Shown: one piece after another, positions 11,777 to 24,100 of the stretch
Numbering within the stretch: the first letter of the stretch is position 1
How the letters are laid out: every line of letters starts with the position of its first letter
Source: Piromyces finnis finn
Lineage: Eukaryota; Fungi; Neocallimastigomycota
Assembly (NCBI GenBank): GCA_002104945.1
Contig: MCFH01000066.1
Coordinates: 205,529-269,528 of the forward strand
Direction: 5' to 3'
DNA length: 64,000 nt
Made by a program: the position numbers and the translations under genes
Notes under the pieces: model-generated
What the model saw: the letters and a program-made list of their open reading frames with translations, nothing else
Database searches by the model: none
What the model was told of the DNA's origin: nothing

Positions 11777-14700
11777 GAGCGAACAGAGTCGATAATTTGA
11801 GTGTTAGTTGTTATATCATATATCCCTTACACCTTCAACTTATTTTTTAGATAGTAGTTGCTTTAACAACTTTTATAACATATTATTTTAAACTTAAAAT
11901 TGTTTGATTCGGTAGTATTAAATACTGATTTTGAATATTTCTTGATTTCATTTTTATTTTAGCTTTCATCGATAATTTGTTATCCCAGTTTACTACTTAT
12001 TCTCTTTGTTCTTTTATTCCTTTTTTATTCTTTATATGTTGATTAGTCAGATAGTTTTGTTTTTCAGTTAGTTTGTTATTCCTTTCATTTATTCTTGAGT
12101 TTCGTGTGGGGTGCGGCTTTCATTACTATAATCATATTTAATCTTTTATTTTTTTTTCTATTTTTATTTTCGAGGGGCGCGGCTTTTTTATTTTTCCTTT
12201 ATGATTTTATATGATTCTAGTAATATCTTTTTTTATTTCTTATTTTTTTGTAACTCTAGATTTTCCAAGGAATCTCTTTTCTACTAACATTCTTTTGTAT
12301 ACTTTTTCTATCTCTTTTCTATATATATATATATTTCTTATACTTTATATTATATATATATTTATATATCTGTATAACTTAATTAGGTTTATTATGGACT
12401 ATTATGGTAAGTATTAACACCTTTTTTTCTTTAACATTTTTATTATCAAAGCTTCTATCCTGGAAAATCGAGTATTCTATTTTTATATTGTAAATACTAC
12501 TCTTGTTTCAATTTTATCTTTTAAAAAAAAAAAAATTTTATTATGTTTACCCAAATTTCTTCAACTTTTTTCCATTATTTTTGATATAACAACTTTTCAC
12601 TCTTATTATCTCTCTACCTTACAACATAAACAACCTAAATGAATGTTCAATTTCAACAATCAGAATCAACACAATACAATAATCATCCAATAAATTATAC
12701 AATTCTTATAAATATAAAGAGCTTTCAAAATACAGTTATAATACAGAAATCCAAAGTGATAGATATTCAAAATTTATCTTCCCGTTTAAAGTCTTCAGTA
12801 GAGTTAGAACTAAGTTTGTCAACAACTTAGCCACTTTTTCAGTTATAAAATTTAAAATATTGTTTGACAAATAATCCACTAGCTATATAATATATCCGTC
12901 TTTACTATTATTTTTTTTATTTTACTATATATTTTATTTCATTATCTTATTTATATCATTATATCAATACTTCAAATTATTAATATCTATTGTCTTAATA
13001 AGTTCTTTCAAAATGAACTATACCAATTGTACTGTACCTACCTTACGACGTGGTCTTCGTTTCTTCGGATCTAACTCCAATAAATCATATCTAATTTTTA
13101 TCCATGATCTTAGTTCATGGTCAAAACAACGACTAATGGAATTTCTTTTAAAGGACATTCAACCTTTCAATGATATTCTTCAATCCCTCACCAAAAAATA
13201 TTCACAATCACTCGGTACCTATTTCATTCTAAAAGTCAATGGAAAATGTCCGCTTAAAGCCATGTTACTTATACACTCACTTTCTGAAAAACTCCCAATC
13301 TCTAGTAAAATATCTTGGAAATTCATTGATAAGCTCAAAAACAATAGATCATACAAAAACAAACGATCTATCAAATCTACTACTGGTCCACTCTCTGACG
13401 ATTTCTATTTTAGTCATCTAAGCTCTAATGCTTCCTTTTTCAACTTATGTACTTGTTGGAACATCAATGGTTGGAACCCGGAGAAAAAGGACGGTGTTTT
13501 ATACTTCATCTCTGTTTTCAAACCTGTATGTGTCTGTCTTCAAGAAGTAGGTAACAGCCAATTCCTCTGTGGTAATGCAATTTCCTCCCCATGCCTACCG
13601 AACTATAAACCAGTACACAGACGTGCTAATCCTAAAGTTCCAGGTATGAGAGGACTTTACATTGGTGTTCATAATTCTTGTTCCTTTACTCCTGAACCTC
13701 TTCTATATAAGTACATCATTTCAGTTACAATATTGTCATTTTGGAACCAGAGATGTACCATCGGTAATATTTACTTCCCGCAAACTAGATGGCCGGATGC
13801 TAGATTAATTGCCTTTGATGAACTTGATAAGTGGTTAACAACGCATAACAAATTCAACCACCCAGCTATCCTTGTAGGAGACTTTAATATGTCAGCTATT
13901 AAAATCAAATCTTATATATCACAACACTTCCCGGATTGGACTATGGCAGAATTAACTGGTAATAATTTTACCTGGGAAAAAGGATCTAAATCTTCATGCA
14001 TTGATCATATTATATACAACAAAGCTATGACAGAACACATAAACAAATCTTCAGTTTGCGAAGTTTTTCACGATGTTTCTGATCACAAACCGATCCTTGT
14101 GTCTTGTATAAAAGACTCTTCTGATGGTTTCAAAAAGCCTAAGAAGACCTTTAAATGGTCAAGTCATATCTGTAACACAAAGTGTTCTGACATTCTTACT
14201 AGTAATCGCTTTGCTGTTCTAGCTTCCGAGCTTGAAGCTAATTGCGATAGCCTTTCGGCTGACGATATGGTTTCAAAATTTTTAGATACCTCCAAAACTA
14301 TAGGTAAAGAAATAAAAGCCATTGTGCCTGCAGATTTAAAAGGTCCAGCATTCCATTGCCCTCAATACATCAAAAACTTATCACATGAAAAACACCTGGC
14401 TTACAAAAATATTAAGCCCCTTTCAGATTGCGCTGACATGGAAAATTATCTTAACCAGTTCTCCATATACCAAAATCTATGTAATACCATCAAAAAGGTT
14501 AAGAGTAAATTCAGATCCAATCTCTATAAAGCTAATATTGTTTCTATCGGTAAACATTTTATTGATAAAAGCTTTAGACAAGGTTGGAAAGGCCTTAAAA
14601 AACTTGCCAAACCAAGTTATTCGTCCTCCCATGTTTCAACTATTAAGGACAAGAATGGCAAGGATTTATTTACTCCTCAAGAACAATTAAAACGTTGGGC

Positions 14701-17358
14701 TGAACATTATGAAAATCTTGCATCTGATGTTACAAATCACAGCTTAAATCGTGGTTACTGGGAAAGAGCCTTCCAATTCAACCATATCAATCAAATAGCA
14801 TGGGATATAAATGGTCCCATTTCTATTGAGGAAATTAGGAATGTTGTTCTGTCAATGAAGAATAATAAGGCTCCAGGTCCCGATGGTATCCCAATTGAAT
14901 TTTTCAAAGCTTTTTTTTGTGATGAAGAACTGGAGAAAGAACATAAGTCTGCTGGAAATTGTCTTAAATTAATTTTTAATAAAATCTGGAATGGTTCCTT
15001 TCCTTTGAAATGGAACTCTGCTTCTATTGTTTCTATTCCAAAGAAAGGCGATCTTTCAGACTGTAATAATTATCGTGGTATTTCTCTCATCAATGTAGGT
15101 CTTAAAATCATTTCAAAAATTGTAACTTATAGAATTTCAAAGTATGCTCTTTCTCATAATTTTATAAGACCTAAGCAATTTGGTTTTCGCAATAAAGAAG
15201 AATGTATTAGCTTATTTGTTTCCATTAGAGAAATCTGTCAAAGAAGAAAATTTAAAGGAAAAGCCACTTATGTCGCCTTTCTAGACCTTAAAAAAGCATA
15301 CGACTCAGTTCCTATTTTTAATATCCTTACAAAGTTATATAAATTAGGTATACGTGGTAAATGTTTTGATTTTCTCAATAATCTCTACTCTACCTCTAAA
15401 GCTCGTGCACGTTTCTTGGATATGCTTTCCAATGAATTCCCTATAAACCGTGGTGTAAGACAAGGATGTCCTCTTTCTCCTATACTTTTTAACCTCTTTA
15501 TCAATGATATTTTAAATAAATGTGAAAGGCTTGGAGTCAGCTTAGGAAATAAACGTTGTTGTGGTGGTCTTTTCGCTGATGACATTGTTTTGATTGCTCC
15601 TAGTAAGAAGAACCTTCAAAAGATGCTTAATCTAGTCCTTGATTGGGCTAATTTAAATGAAATGTCTTTTGGAATAAATAAATGTGCAACTATTGTTGTT
15701 AAACCTATCAACTTTAATAGATCCCCTAGTTATGTCGACCCAACATTTTACATCGGTATGTACTCGATTCCAAAGGTTTCTTGCTATACTTATCTTGGAA
15801 TCCCATTCGACGAAGATCTTTCTTTGACTCCTATTCTGTCTAATATGTACAAAAAAGTTCAGAAATCTTTATTCTCTTTTAAGAACTTCCTCACCAACAA
15901 TTGTGTTCCTATTGGCTTAAAAAACATAGTAATTCATTCTTGAATTTTAAGCAAAGTCTTATTATACTCCTTTACTTGGTTCCAACAAAAATAGAACTAG
16001 AAGAGTCTAATCCTTTATCAATACTGCTGTTTTATGGAGTGTCAATAGCTTTCACAATAAAAGTTTTAATAACAAAGATTTTGTTTTTGAACTAAATTCA
16101 TTTATTAGTCTGTATGCTCTGACAAGAGATATGAAGATTCCTACCCTTTCAGGTGTTTGTGCTGCGCAACAAGTGAAATGCTTTGTTAAATGGAGAAAAT
16201 CAAAATGTATTATTAAAGATCTCGTCCTCTCTATTCCTCCCATGTCTCATTACTTTTGGGCCAAAGAATCTTGTTCATTACATAAGAAGCTTATGAAAAT
16301 AAATATTAAAAGTACTAAAGATATTAGAGAATATTATTGGAATAATAGTAGCCTAAATAATGGAAGTAAAGCCCTCAGATATACTAACAACAAATTCCTT
16401 AATTCAAATCGCCTAATGCATATCGGTCTCAACAAACCTCACTTAAATTTAGGAATTACCTGGATTATTCGTATTCGATGCGGTTATGAAAATACTACCC
16501 GAATTGCTATTGCCAGTAATAGAGTTACTCCTGACTGCCCTCGTGTCTGTCCATGTTGCGGATATGACGAACAATCTTTTTACCATTGGATATTAGAATG
16601 TTCTGCATTCTCTGAACACAGAGCTTCCTCACTTAGCTTTCTTGACGATCTTTTACCCTTTTTTACAATAAATATAAGAATCAATTCATCACATACTTAC
16701 TCCCCGAAACGGAAGTAAGAAAAACAATTTATAACTATATTTTTACGTTCCTTCTTGGTGAAACTTTAGCTTATGATGAGCTACAAATCGATAAGGCGGA
16801 ACAAAGACATTTGAATGAACAGCTTTACAGTTCATCGGGGTCTCATGTTCCATATGTAGAGGGTCTCGCGGCTTTTCTTACTAAAACAATCCCTATCATT
16901 AGTAGCTCTATGAAGCTACTTTTTGATAGGTTTAGTAAGACACCTAACGTAATCAAGAGCGCCGACGTCGTAACGATATGGCAAAGGAACATTTCCAATG
17001 TTCCGTACACAGGGTTCAATGTTAGTATTTCCTCAAATTCGAATGAAAACATTATGAACTCATGGGAGAGTTTAGTGGACACCACACTATCATACCTGAT
17101 GTTAATTCTTTTTTTTTATTTCATTTAATTTATTAGGTAGGGACCAATCCCACACAGTACAAATTGCAGAGTTCATTGAACTTGTATTCAACTTAAATAA
17201 TTATTTTATATTATTTTATATTTATATTTTTATTTATTATTTATTATATCAATATCAATATGTATTATCACCTAATGTTATGTAATATCTCAAATTAAAT
17301 AAATAAATAAAAGATGTGTATTCTCTTCCTAGTCTAAAAAAAAAAAAAAAAAAAAAAA
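11775..17358 (+). mobile_element. LINE family B, apparently full-length single-ORF element (N-terminal domain, APE endonuclease, RT, CCHC-type zinc finger); disrupted after the RT
   Basis: ORF 13013-15943 carries APE motifs (CWNING, CLQE, ILVGDFN, IDH, SDHKP) and RT motifs (KAPGPDG, YRGISL, FLDLKKAYDSV, GVRQGCPLSP, LFADD, YTYLG). It continues through a stop and frameshifts to CPCCGYDEQSFYHWILEC (16131-16718) and on to 17128. There is a ~1.2 kb 5' UTR and poly(A) at 17336-17358. Confidence 0.95.
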
Positions 17359-20300
17359 TTGCGCAATGGATGCTTGGTTAGTCTTTATTTTGAAATATTA
17401 TTAGGACTAAGCTCATGGTACTGAGCGATTAAAAAACATTTATCCATCGAATTTAAGTATTTGATGAATAAGTTGAATGTTTGATATTCAGGTAAGTTTG
17501 TATAGTATTTAATAAGAAAAGTAATACATTTTGTTGCTGTATTTTTTCTTTTATTCATGTATTCATGTAGTACTACTCTTCTCTTGTAAGAATCCAATGT
17601 AGTCAACTTTAGCATTTGCATTGTATTTTTATATTCATGTATTCATGTAGTTATTGTTGTATTATTTCTTGTAAGAGACTGATTCACTCTACATCATGTA
17701 AAAATACTATTCACAAGCTTTCTGGTGTCGACATTCTTGATTCAAATTTTTTACCAATTTAAATATTTAATGAAAAGTAAAGTCAAATAATTTAATGTCA
17801 AAAAGCGATTCGAATTTACTAACAACAAACCAAAACTAGAATTTTTAAAAAAAAAAATTTACAACTAGAATTCAAAAAAAAAAAAGAAAGTTCAAACAAA
17901 TCATCGTAACAATTTTTGTACTATTTAGTACTTTTAAGAAGAGAGAGACAGATTTTTTTTCATATAAGTTATATTTATAATTTTTATTAGTATTTATTTT
18001 ATATTCAATATTTTTTAATTAGAATTTATTATCATGTCAGTCCTTTATATTAAAGATAAGAATTATATCAGACGTGGTACCCGGTCTTATGGTATCCCCT
18101 TAGATGATATTCGCTCCTTTATCCGTGGTATTCGATCATGGTCAGTTAATATGCTATGGGAAAAACTCGAGGTTATTCTAGAAGATAAATTTAATTCAGT
18201 TATTAGTGTTAAATATTTTCAGACTTTCAATGATCACTTTTTCTTAGTCAAGGTTCATGGTTCATCGAAAGATTGTATTAAAATCTTACACATGTTAAAG
18301 AAGAAACTTTCAGTTACCTCAATTTCCATTTCAGCTCTTAGTAGAGGGAATCACAAATACACTTTTTCCACACTCAAACGTAAAATTTTAGTTTCTAATA
18401 AACATCAACATTCTATTCAACAATCATTTCAACAATCAGTTCAACAATCGGTTCAACAATCTCATCAACAATCCGATCTTCAACAAGATCTTCAACAAGA
18501 TCTTCAACAAGTTTCCCATCATGAAAATATTCCAGATCTACAGCAAACACAATTTCAATCTCAACATTCAACAATTAATTCTAATAGTTCTATCAACTCT
18601 GATAACAGTTCAATAGTTGATAGTTCTTCGGTTTCACAGTCATCTAGTAATAGTTCTACTTATTCCTCTGATGCATCATCTATTAATAATGATGACTTTA
18701 ATAATAATAATAATAGCAACGATTCTTCCTCATCCAACAAGCCTGATAACTTTTCTTTTTGTCTTAGTTGGAACACCAATGGGTAGAATCACGAAAAGAG
18801 AGATAGTATTAGCTATTTCACAGCTATTTTTAAACCATTATTTTTATGTTTCCAAGAAACTGGTAATGGTTCTGGTTCGAATACAGAGTATCCTTATCGT
18901 GTTACTTTACGAAACTATAGACACTTTTTCAAGAAAGCTGATGAATCAGTTCCTGGAATGAGAGGTTTATATTTAGGTTTTCACAATTTGTGTCAAGCCT
19001 CACTTGAAAACTTCTCTGGAATGTATATTATTTCTATTTATACTTTTAGTCTTTGGAATAGATTCAAATGCTTGATTGGAAATGTTTATATATATGCCTC
19101 ATAGTCATCACAACATCTATGTTGATCATGCAAAGTTAGAAGTTCGCTTGTGGTTACAAACTCATTCATCCTATCCATCGATTCTTGTTGGTAATTTTAA
19201 TATGTCTAAAGTAAAATTATCCAACTGGTTATCAACTAATGGATTAGGAGACTGGGAAATTCTTCCTCTTAGAGGGTCGACTATCTTTTGGACTCGAGGT
19301 GATCAATTTTCCGACATTGACCATGCTCTTATCAATTCGAAGATGAAAGATCTTATTTACTCAGGATCATTTATAAATAACTTTTATCCTGTATCAGACC
19401 ATAAGCCACTTCTTATTAATGGTAAAATTATTCCTATGGAAGATTTTTCTAATGACTTTAATGTTCCTAAGAAAATTCTGAAATGGAATAGATTAAAATG
19501 TATTGAGGAAAAGGAATCTATTCTCAGTCATAATAAATTCCAAATACTTTCAGCAAAACTCAATGATCCTAATGTTTCTACAGATGAACTTTCCAAAGAG
19601 TTTATTTCAACTGCTTTTTCAATTGCAGACGAGCTCAGTATTACCTCAGCAAATAATGTTATAAAGTCTTCATTTCATATTTCACAACAAATTTTTAATC
19701 TTCAAAAGATCAAAATGAAGTTGTATAAGAGATTTAAAAAAGAAAGAATTTATGATATAGATGAATTTATTAAACGAATTAAAATCTACCGTAAGCTCAT
19801 TGATTACATCCACAAAAGATGTAATGAATTTAGGAAACAAGAATATCTTCATTGGATTAAAACAGGATGTGAGTATATGAAGAGTCATAATCCTAAGAAG
19901 GCCTGGAAATGGATCAAGAAAACTGAAAAAATTGGAAAAGATTCTTTCTTTATTGCTCAACCAATTAAAAACAAAAATGGAGAATTAGTTGTTGCTACGG
20001 AAGAACAACTAGAAGTGTGGCATGATCATTTCGAAAACCTTGCATCAGATTCAAGTGGTGTAAGTCTTGATTTGGAGCATTGGTATGAAGAACCAACGAA
20101 TAAGCGTTTTTCACTCCCTATGCTTGATGAGTGGGATATCAACCAAGATATTAGTGTTGATGAAGTCAAGTCAGCTATCTTCTCTACTCCAAATTATAAA
20201 GCATCAGGCCCGGATGGTATTCCAATTGAATTTTACAAAGCATTAATTCCATCAAATAATGATTCTAATAATGCTACAGATAATAATTCTTCCGGTAATA

Positions 20301-22690
20301 CCACTTCAGATAATGATGCTATTGGTTTAAATTTTATTTTTAAATTATTCAACCGTATTTGGGATGGAGATTTCCCCAGCTCTTGGAATGAATCCAGTAT
20401 TGTTTCCATTCCTAAGAAAGGAGATTTGACAGATTGTGATAACTATCGAGGTATATCATTTATCAATAATGGTATTAAGTTGATTTCCAAAATTGTCACC
20501 ACTAGAATCTCAGAATATGGTCTTAAGAATAATTTCATTGGACCTGAACAATTTGGTTTTTGAAAAAAGGAAGAAAGTATTAGTCTTTTCATTTCAATCC
20601 AAGAAATATGTAGTAGACGTCAATTAGATAATAAAGAGACATATTTGGCCTTTTTAGATCTCAGGAAAACATACGATTCAGTCCCAATCGGTAATATTCT
20701 CCATAAATTAGATTGTTTAGGAATCCGAGGTAAGAGTTTACAATTTATCAAAAATTTATATTTAACATCTAAGGATAATGGCAAATTAGATGGACAATTC
20801 TCGAAATCTTTTGATGTGAAGAAAGGAGTAGGTCAAGGTTACCCACTTTCTCCTATTCTCTTTAATCTCTTTATTAATGATATATTTAAAAAGTGCGAAA
20901 ATCACGGAGTCAGTTTAGGTGACACTCGATTCTGTGGTGGACTTTTTGCAGATGATATAGTTATTTGTGCTCCAAAAAGAGGATGCTTAAAAAAGATGCT
21001 TAGAAGAGTTAATGAATGAGCATTGTATAATGAAATGGAGTTTGGTATCCAGAAATGTTCAACGATGGTGATTTGTCCTGAATCAATAGAAAATCAGAGC
21101 AAGAAAGATCCAACATTTTACTTAGCAGGACAACCCATTCCAACTACTGATTGCTAAACTTATCTTGGTGTTCCATTTGATAAGAATTTGTCCCTTAAAC
21201 CAGTAATTAAAGCTCTTAATAACAAGGTTTTGAAAGGACTTTTCTCAGTCAGTAAATTCTTAAGAAATCCTAATATTCTTATTCCTTTCAAAAAGCAGTA
21301 CTTAACTCACAAGTAATCAGCAGAGTTTCATACTTTGCACCATTACTTGGATCCAACAAAGCTAGGTCTAGGATTGCTCAGAAGCATGTTAACAAAGGAA
21401 TACGATGGGTTGCCGGAGTTCATAAAGCTGTATCGTTTATATCTTTATACTCTATCTCAAAAGATTTGAATATTCCTCCATCGTCAGCCAAATGTGCGTT
21501 AGCTCAGGTTAGATGTTTTAACAAGTGGAAAAACTCGAATTGTATTATCTCATACATTGTCAATTACATTCCGAAATTTAGAAAATACACGTGGTGCAAA
21601 TCAAGTAGGACACTTGATAAAAAACTAAAGAAGCATGGAGGTGTTAAAGCAGGTAAAAACTTTTATTGGAAATATCTCAAAGGGAATTCAATCAAAACGC
21701 AATATTATGATGATAATAAATTTATTGAAACTAAAGATTTTATTAAATTATGTTATGAATACCCTGAGTTTGCCTATGGCTTCTACTGGCTATTAAAAAC
21801 AAGAAGCGGATACAAGTTGGATGCTAGAGTTGAAAAAGCTGCTAAATTTGTTGATCCAGTTTGTCCTAACTACTGTCCATGTTGCAAGATTTATACTATA
21901 TCCTAGATTTCTGAAGGATTTAGCCGTTGCAAGAGTGGTGTTCAAAGTATTAAACATTGGTTATTAGATTGTCCAACATTAGAGATATCCCTATTAAACA
22001 TTATGATTCCATAGTCAAACTATTAAATTTTTTCAGTCAACGTAATTCCAACATTCTTATCAATAATATTGAAAATGGTAATAACAGTAGAGACAGAAAT
22101 AATATTAATAGAAATAATAACAATAATAATAATAACAATAGTAGTAGTAGAAATAGTAATAATATTAGTAATGATAGCAATAGCGAAGATAATAATTCTA
22201 ATTTAGATAGTAATTTAGTTAATGATAGTAATAGTTCTAATAATCCGGTGAATATTAATGTGTATGATTATTCTAGTGTGTGCAGTAAATTATTTAAATT
22301 CCTTCTTGGGGGAAGAAGTTTTAACAATATCAATTACAATTCAAGGGAATGGAAAGAACTTTGCAAGTGTCAGATTCAATCTTTCACTAACGAAGGAACA
22401 TCATTTTTAACACTAACCGTGGAACTTCTAACCAAAATCATGCCTTTTGCTATTGGCCAGCAATGGTCAATGTTCAAAAAGTTTGAAGCAACATCCAAGA
22501 GCGGCAATGCTGAAGAAACAGTAAGATAGGCCAGGAGTGCCAGCGCAACCAATGGAGATCATAATTTTGTTCCATGGCAAAATTTTGATCTTTGGCTCGG
22601 TGTTCCATTGGAAGACAAATACAATTATTACACTTTAGTATAATAGTGGCTTTCTTATTTTAACTAAAATTACTAGAATACATTATACCC
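17359..22690 (+). mobile_element. LINE family A, copy 3; near full-length and disrupted, 3' UTR interrupted by a family B fragment
   Basis: The broken ORF starts at 18034 (MSVLYIKDKNYIRRGTRSYG) and includes APE motifs (SWNTNG, ILVGNFN, IDH, SDHKP), RT motifs (KASGPDG, YRGIS, FADD) and the zinc finger. Homology to the copy 2 3' UTR ends at CATTATACCC (22690). The 5' boundary is inferred from the end of the B poly(A). Confidence 0.88.
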
Positions 22691-23095
22691 TGGACGGATG
22701 CTAGATTAATCGCCTTTGATGAACTGGAGAAGTGGTTAACATCGCATAACAAGTTCAACTACCCAGCTATCCTTGTAGGAGATTTTAATATGTCAGCTAT
22801 TACTACACTATCCTACCTGATGTTACTTTTCTTTTTTCTTTCATTTAATTTGTCAGGTAGGGGTCAATCCAATACAGTACAAATTAAAAAGTTCATTGAA
22901 CTTTTATACAACTTATATAATTATTTTATTTTCTTTTTATTTTTATATTTGTATATATATATTATTATTATTATTTTTATTTATTATTTATTATATCATT
23001 ATGTATTATCATCTAATATAATATAATTTCACAAATATAATAAATAAATACAAGAAGAAGTGTATTCTCTTCTTAGTCTAAAAAAAAAAAAAAAA
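22691..23095 (+). mobile_element. Internally deleted LINE family B derivative (endonuclease fragment fused to the 3' end and poly(A))
   Basis: 22691-22800 matches ~13791-13900 (GGATGCTAGATTAAT...GTCAGCTATT). It is joined directly to the B 3' region (matches ~17085-17335) and ends in A16 at 23080-23095. Confidence 0.85.
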
Positions 23096-23337
23096 GCTAT
23101 GCTTTTCTTACACCTTCAACTTATTATTAGTTGTTTTTTTACTACTTAATAATATGATATTAAATTAGGTATACGTGGTAAATGTTTTGTTTTGATTTTC
23201 TCAGCAATCTTTACTTTACCTCAAAAGCTCGTGTACGTTTCTTAGATATGCTTTCTAATAAATTTCCTATCAACCACGGTGTAAGACTAGGATATGCCCT
23301 CTTTCTCCTATACATGTACTTTTTTATATCTATCAAA

Positions 23338-23369
<32 letters not shown>
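23096..23369 (+). mobile_element. Rearranged LINE family B fragment (5' module, RT piece, A-run)
   Basis: TTACACCTTCAACTTA matches 11827-11842. 23160-23313 matches RT sequence at ~15341-15484. A27 follows at 23343-23369. Confidence 0.75.
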
Positions 23370-24100
23370 CAGTTGTTATTACTCCCATTACCAATTTCTC
23401 TCAAATTTTTTTATTTACTTGATTAACCCATACACACAACAATCCTTTGCCTTTTCAAAAGGTGAAAAAAAAAAATCTAAAATTTCACTTAAAAGAAAAT
23501 AAAATACAAACACACACACTTCAAAAGGAGCTTTTTTTTTTATTATTATTATTATTATTTATTATTTTTTATTTTATTAAAAAAAAAATGTTATCAACAA
23601 ATCTATATATCCATATTAAAAAAAAAAGAATATAGAGCGTCAAAATAACATTATCCATTTTCTACATAGGTCTTTTTTTTTTTTAAATTATATTTTTTTT
23701 TTATTATTGGCATAGGTTAATATGATTCTATTTAATGATTACATTCGTTTTTGTTATTGCAGTTGTTCAAAATATAAAATAAATAAAACTCCTTCTAAAA
23801 AAAAAAAATTTTTTTTATAACAATTTATCTTTTTTTTTCAAACCAAAAAAAAAAATAAATTTAATTACTAACTATAAAAAAAATTTATATCATTATCTTT
23901 TTACAGATATCTATTTTTAATAATAAAATGAAAAAGAAAAGAAAAAAAATTAAATATTACATGGCGGAGAGAATTGATCTTTGGTGATAAAAGATGACAT
24001 TTAAAAAAAACTCGGAAATTTTTTCAATTCATCTTTGGGATAAATGGTAGGTGTTGGTGGTGGTGAGGTTAGAGGGGATTACGCAGTGATTATCGGACAT

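Noticed and set aside
12211-12830. Short ORFs in the LINE B 5' UTR, and similar I/F/Y/K-rich ORFs at 17385, 29170, 29440, 29983, 31919, 39396, 43442, 43639 and 56619
   Set aside because: Low-complexity products of AT-rich DNA and homopolymers, with no recognisable domains or splice context.
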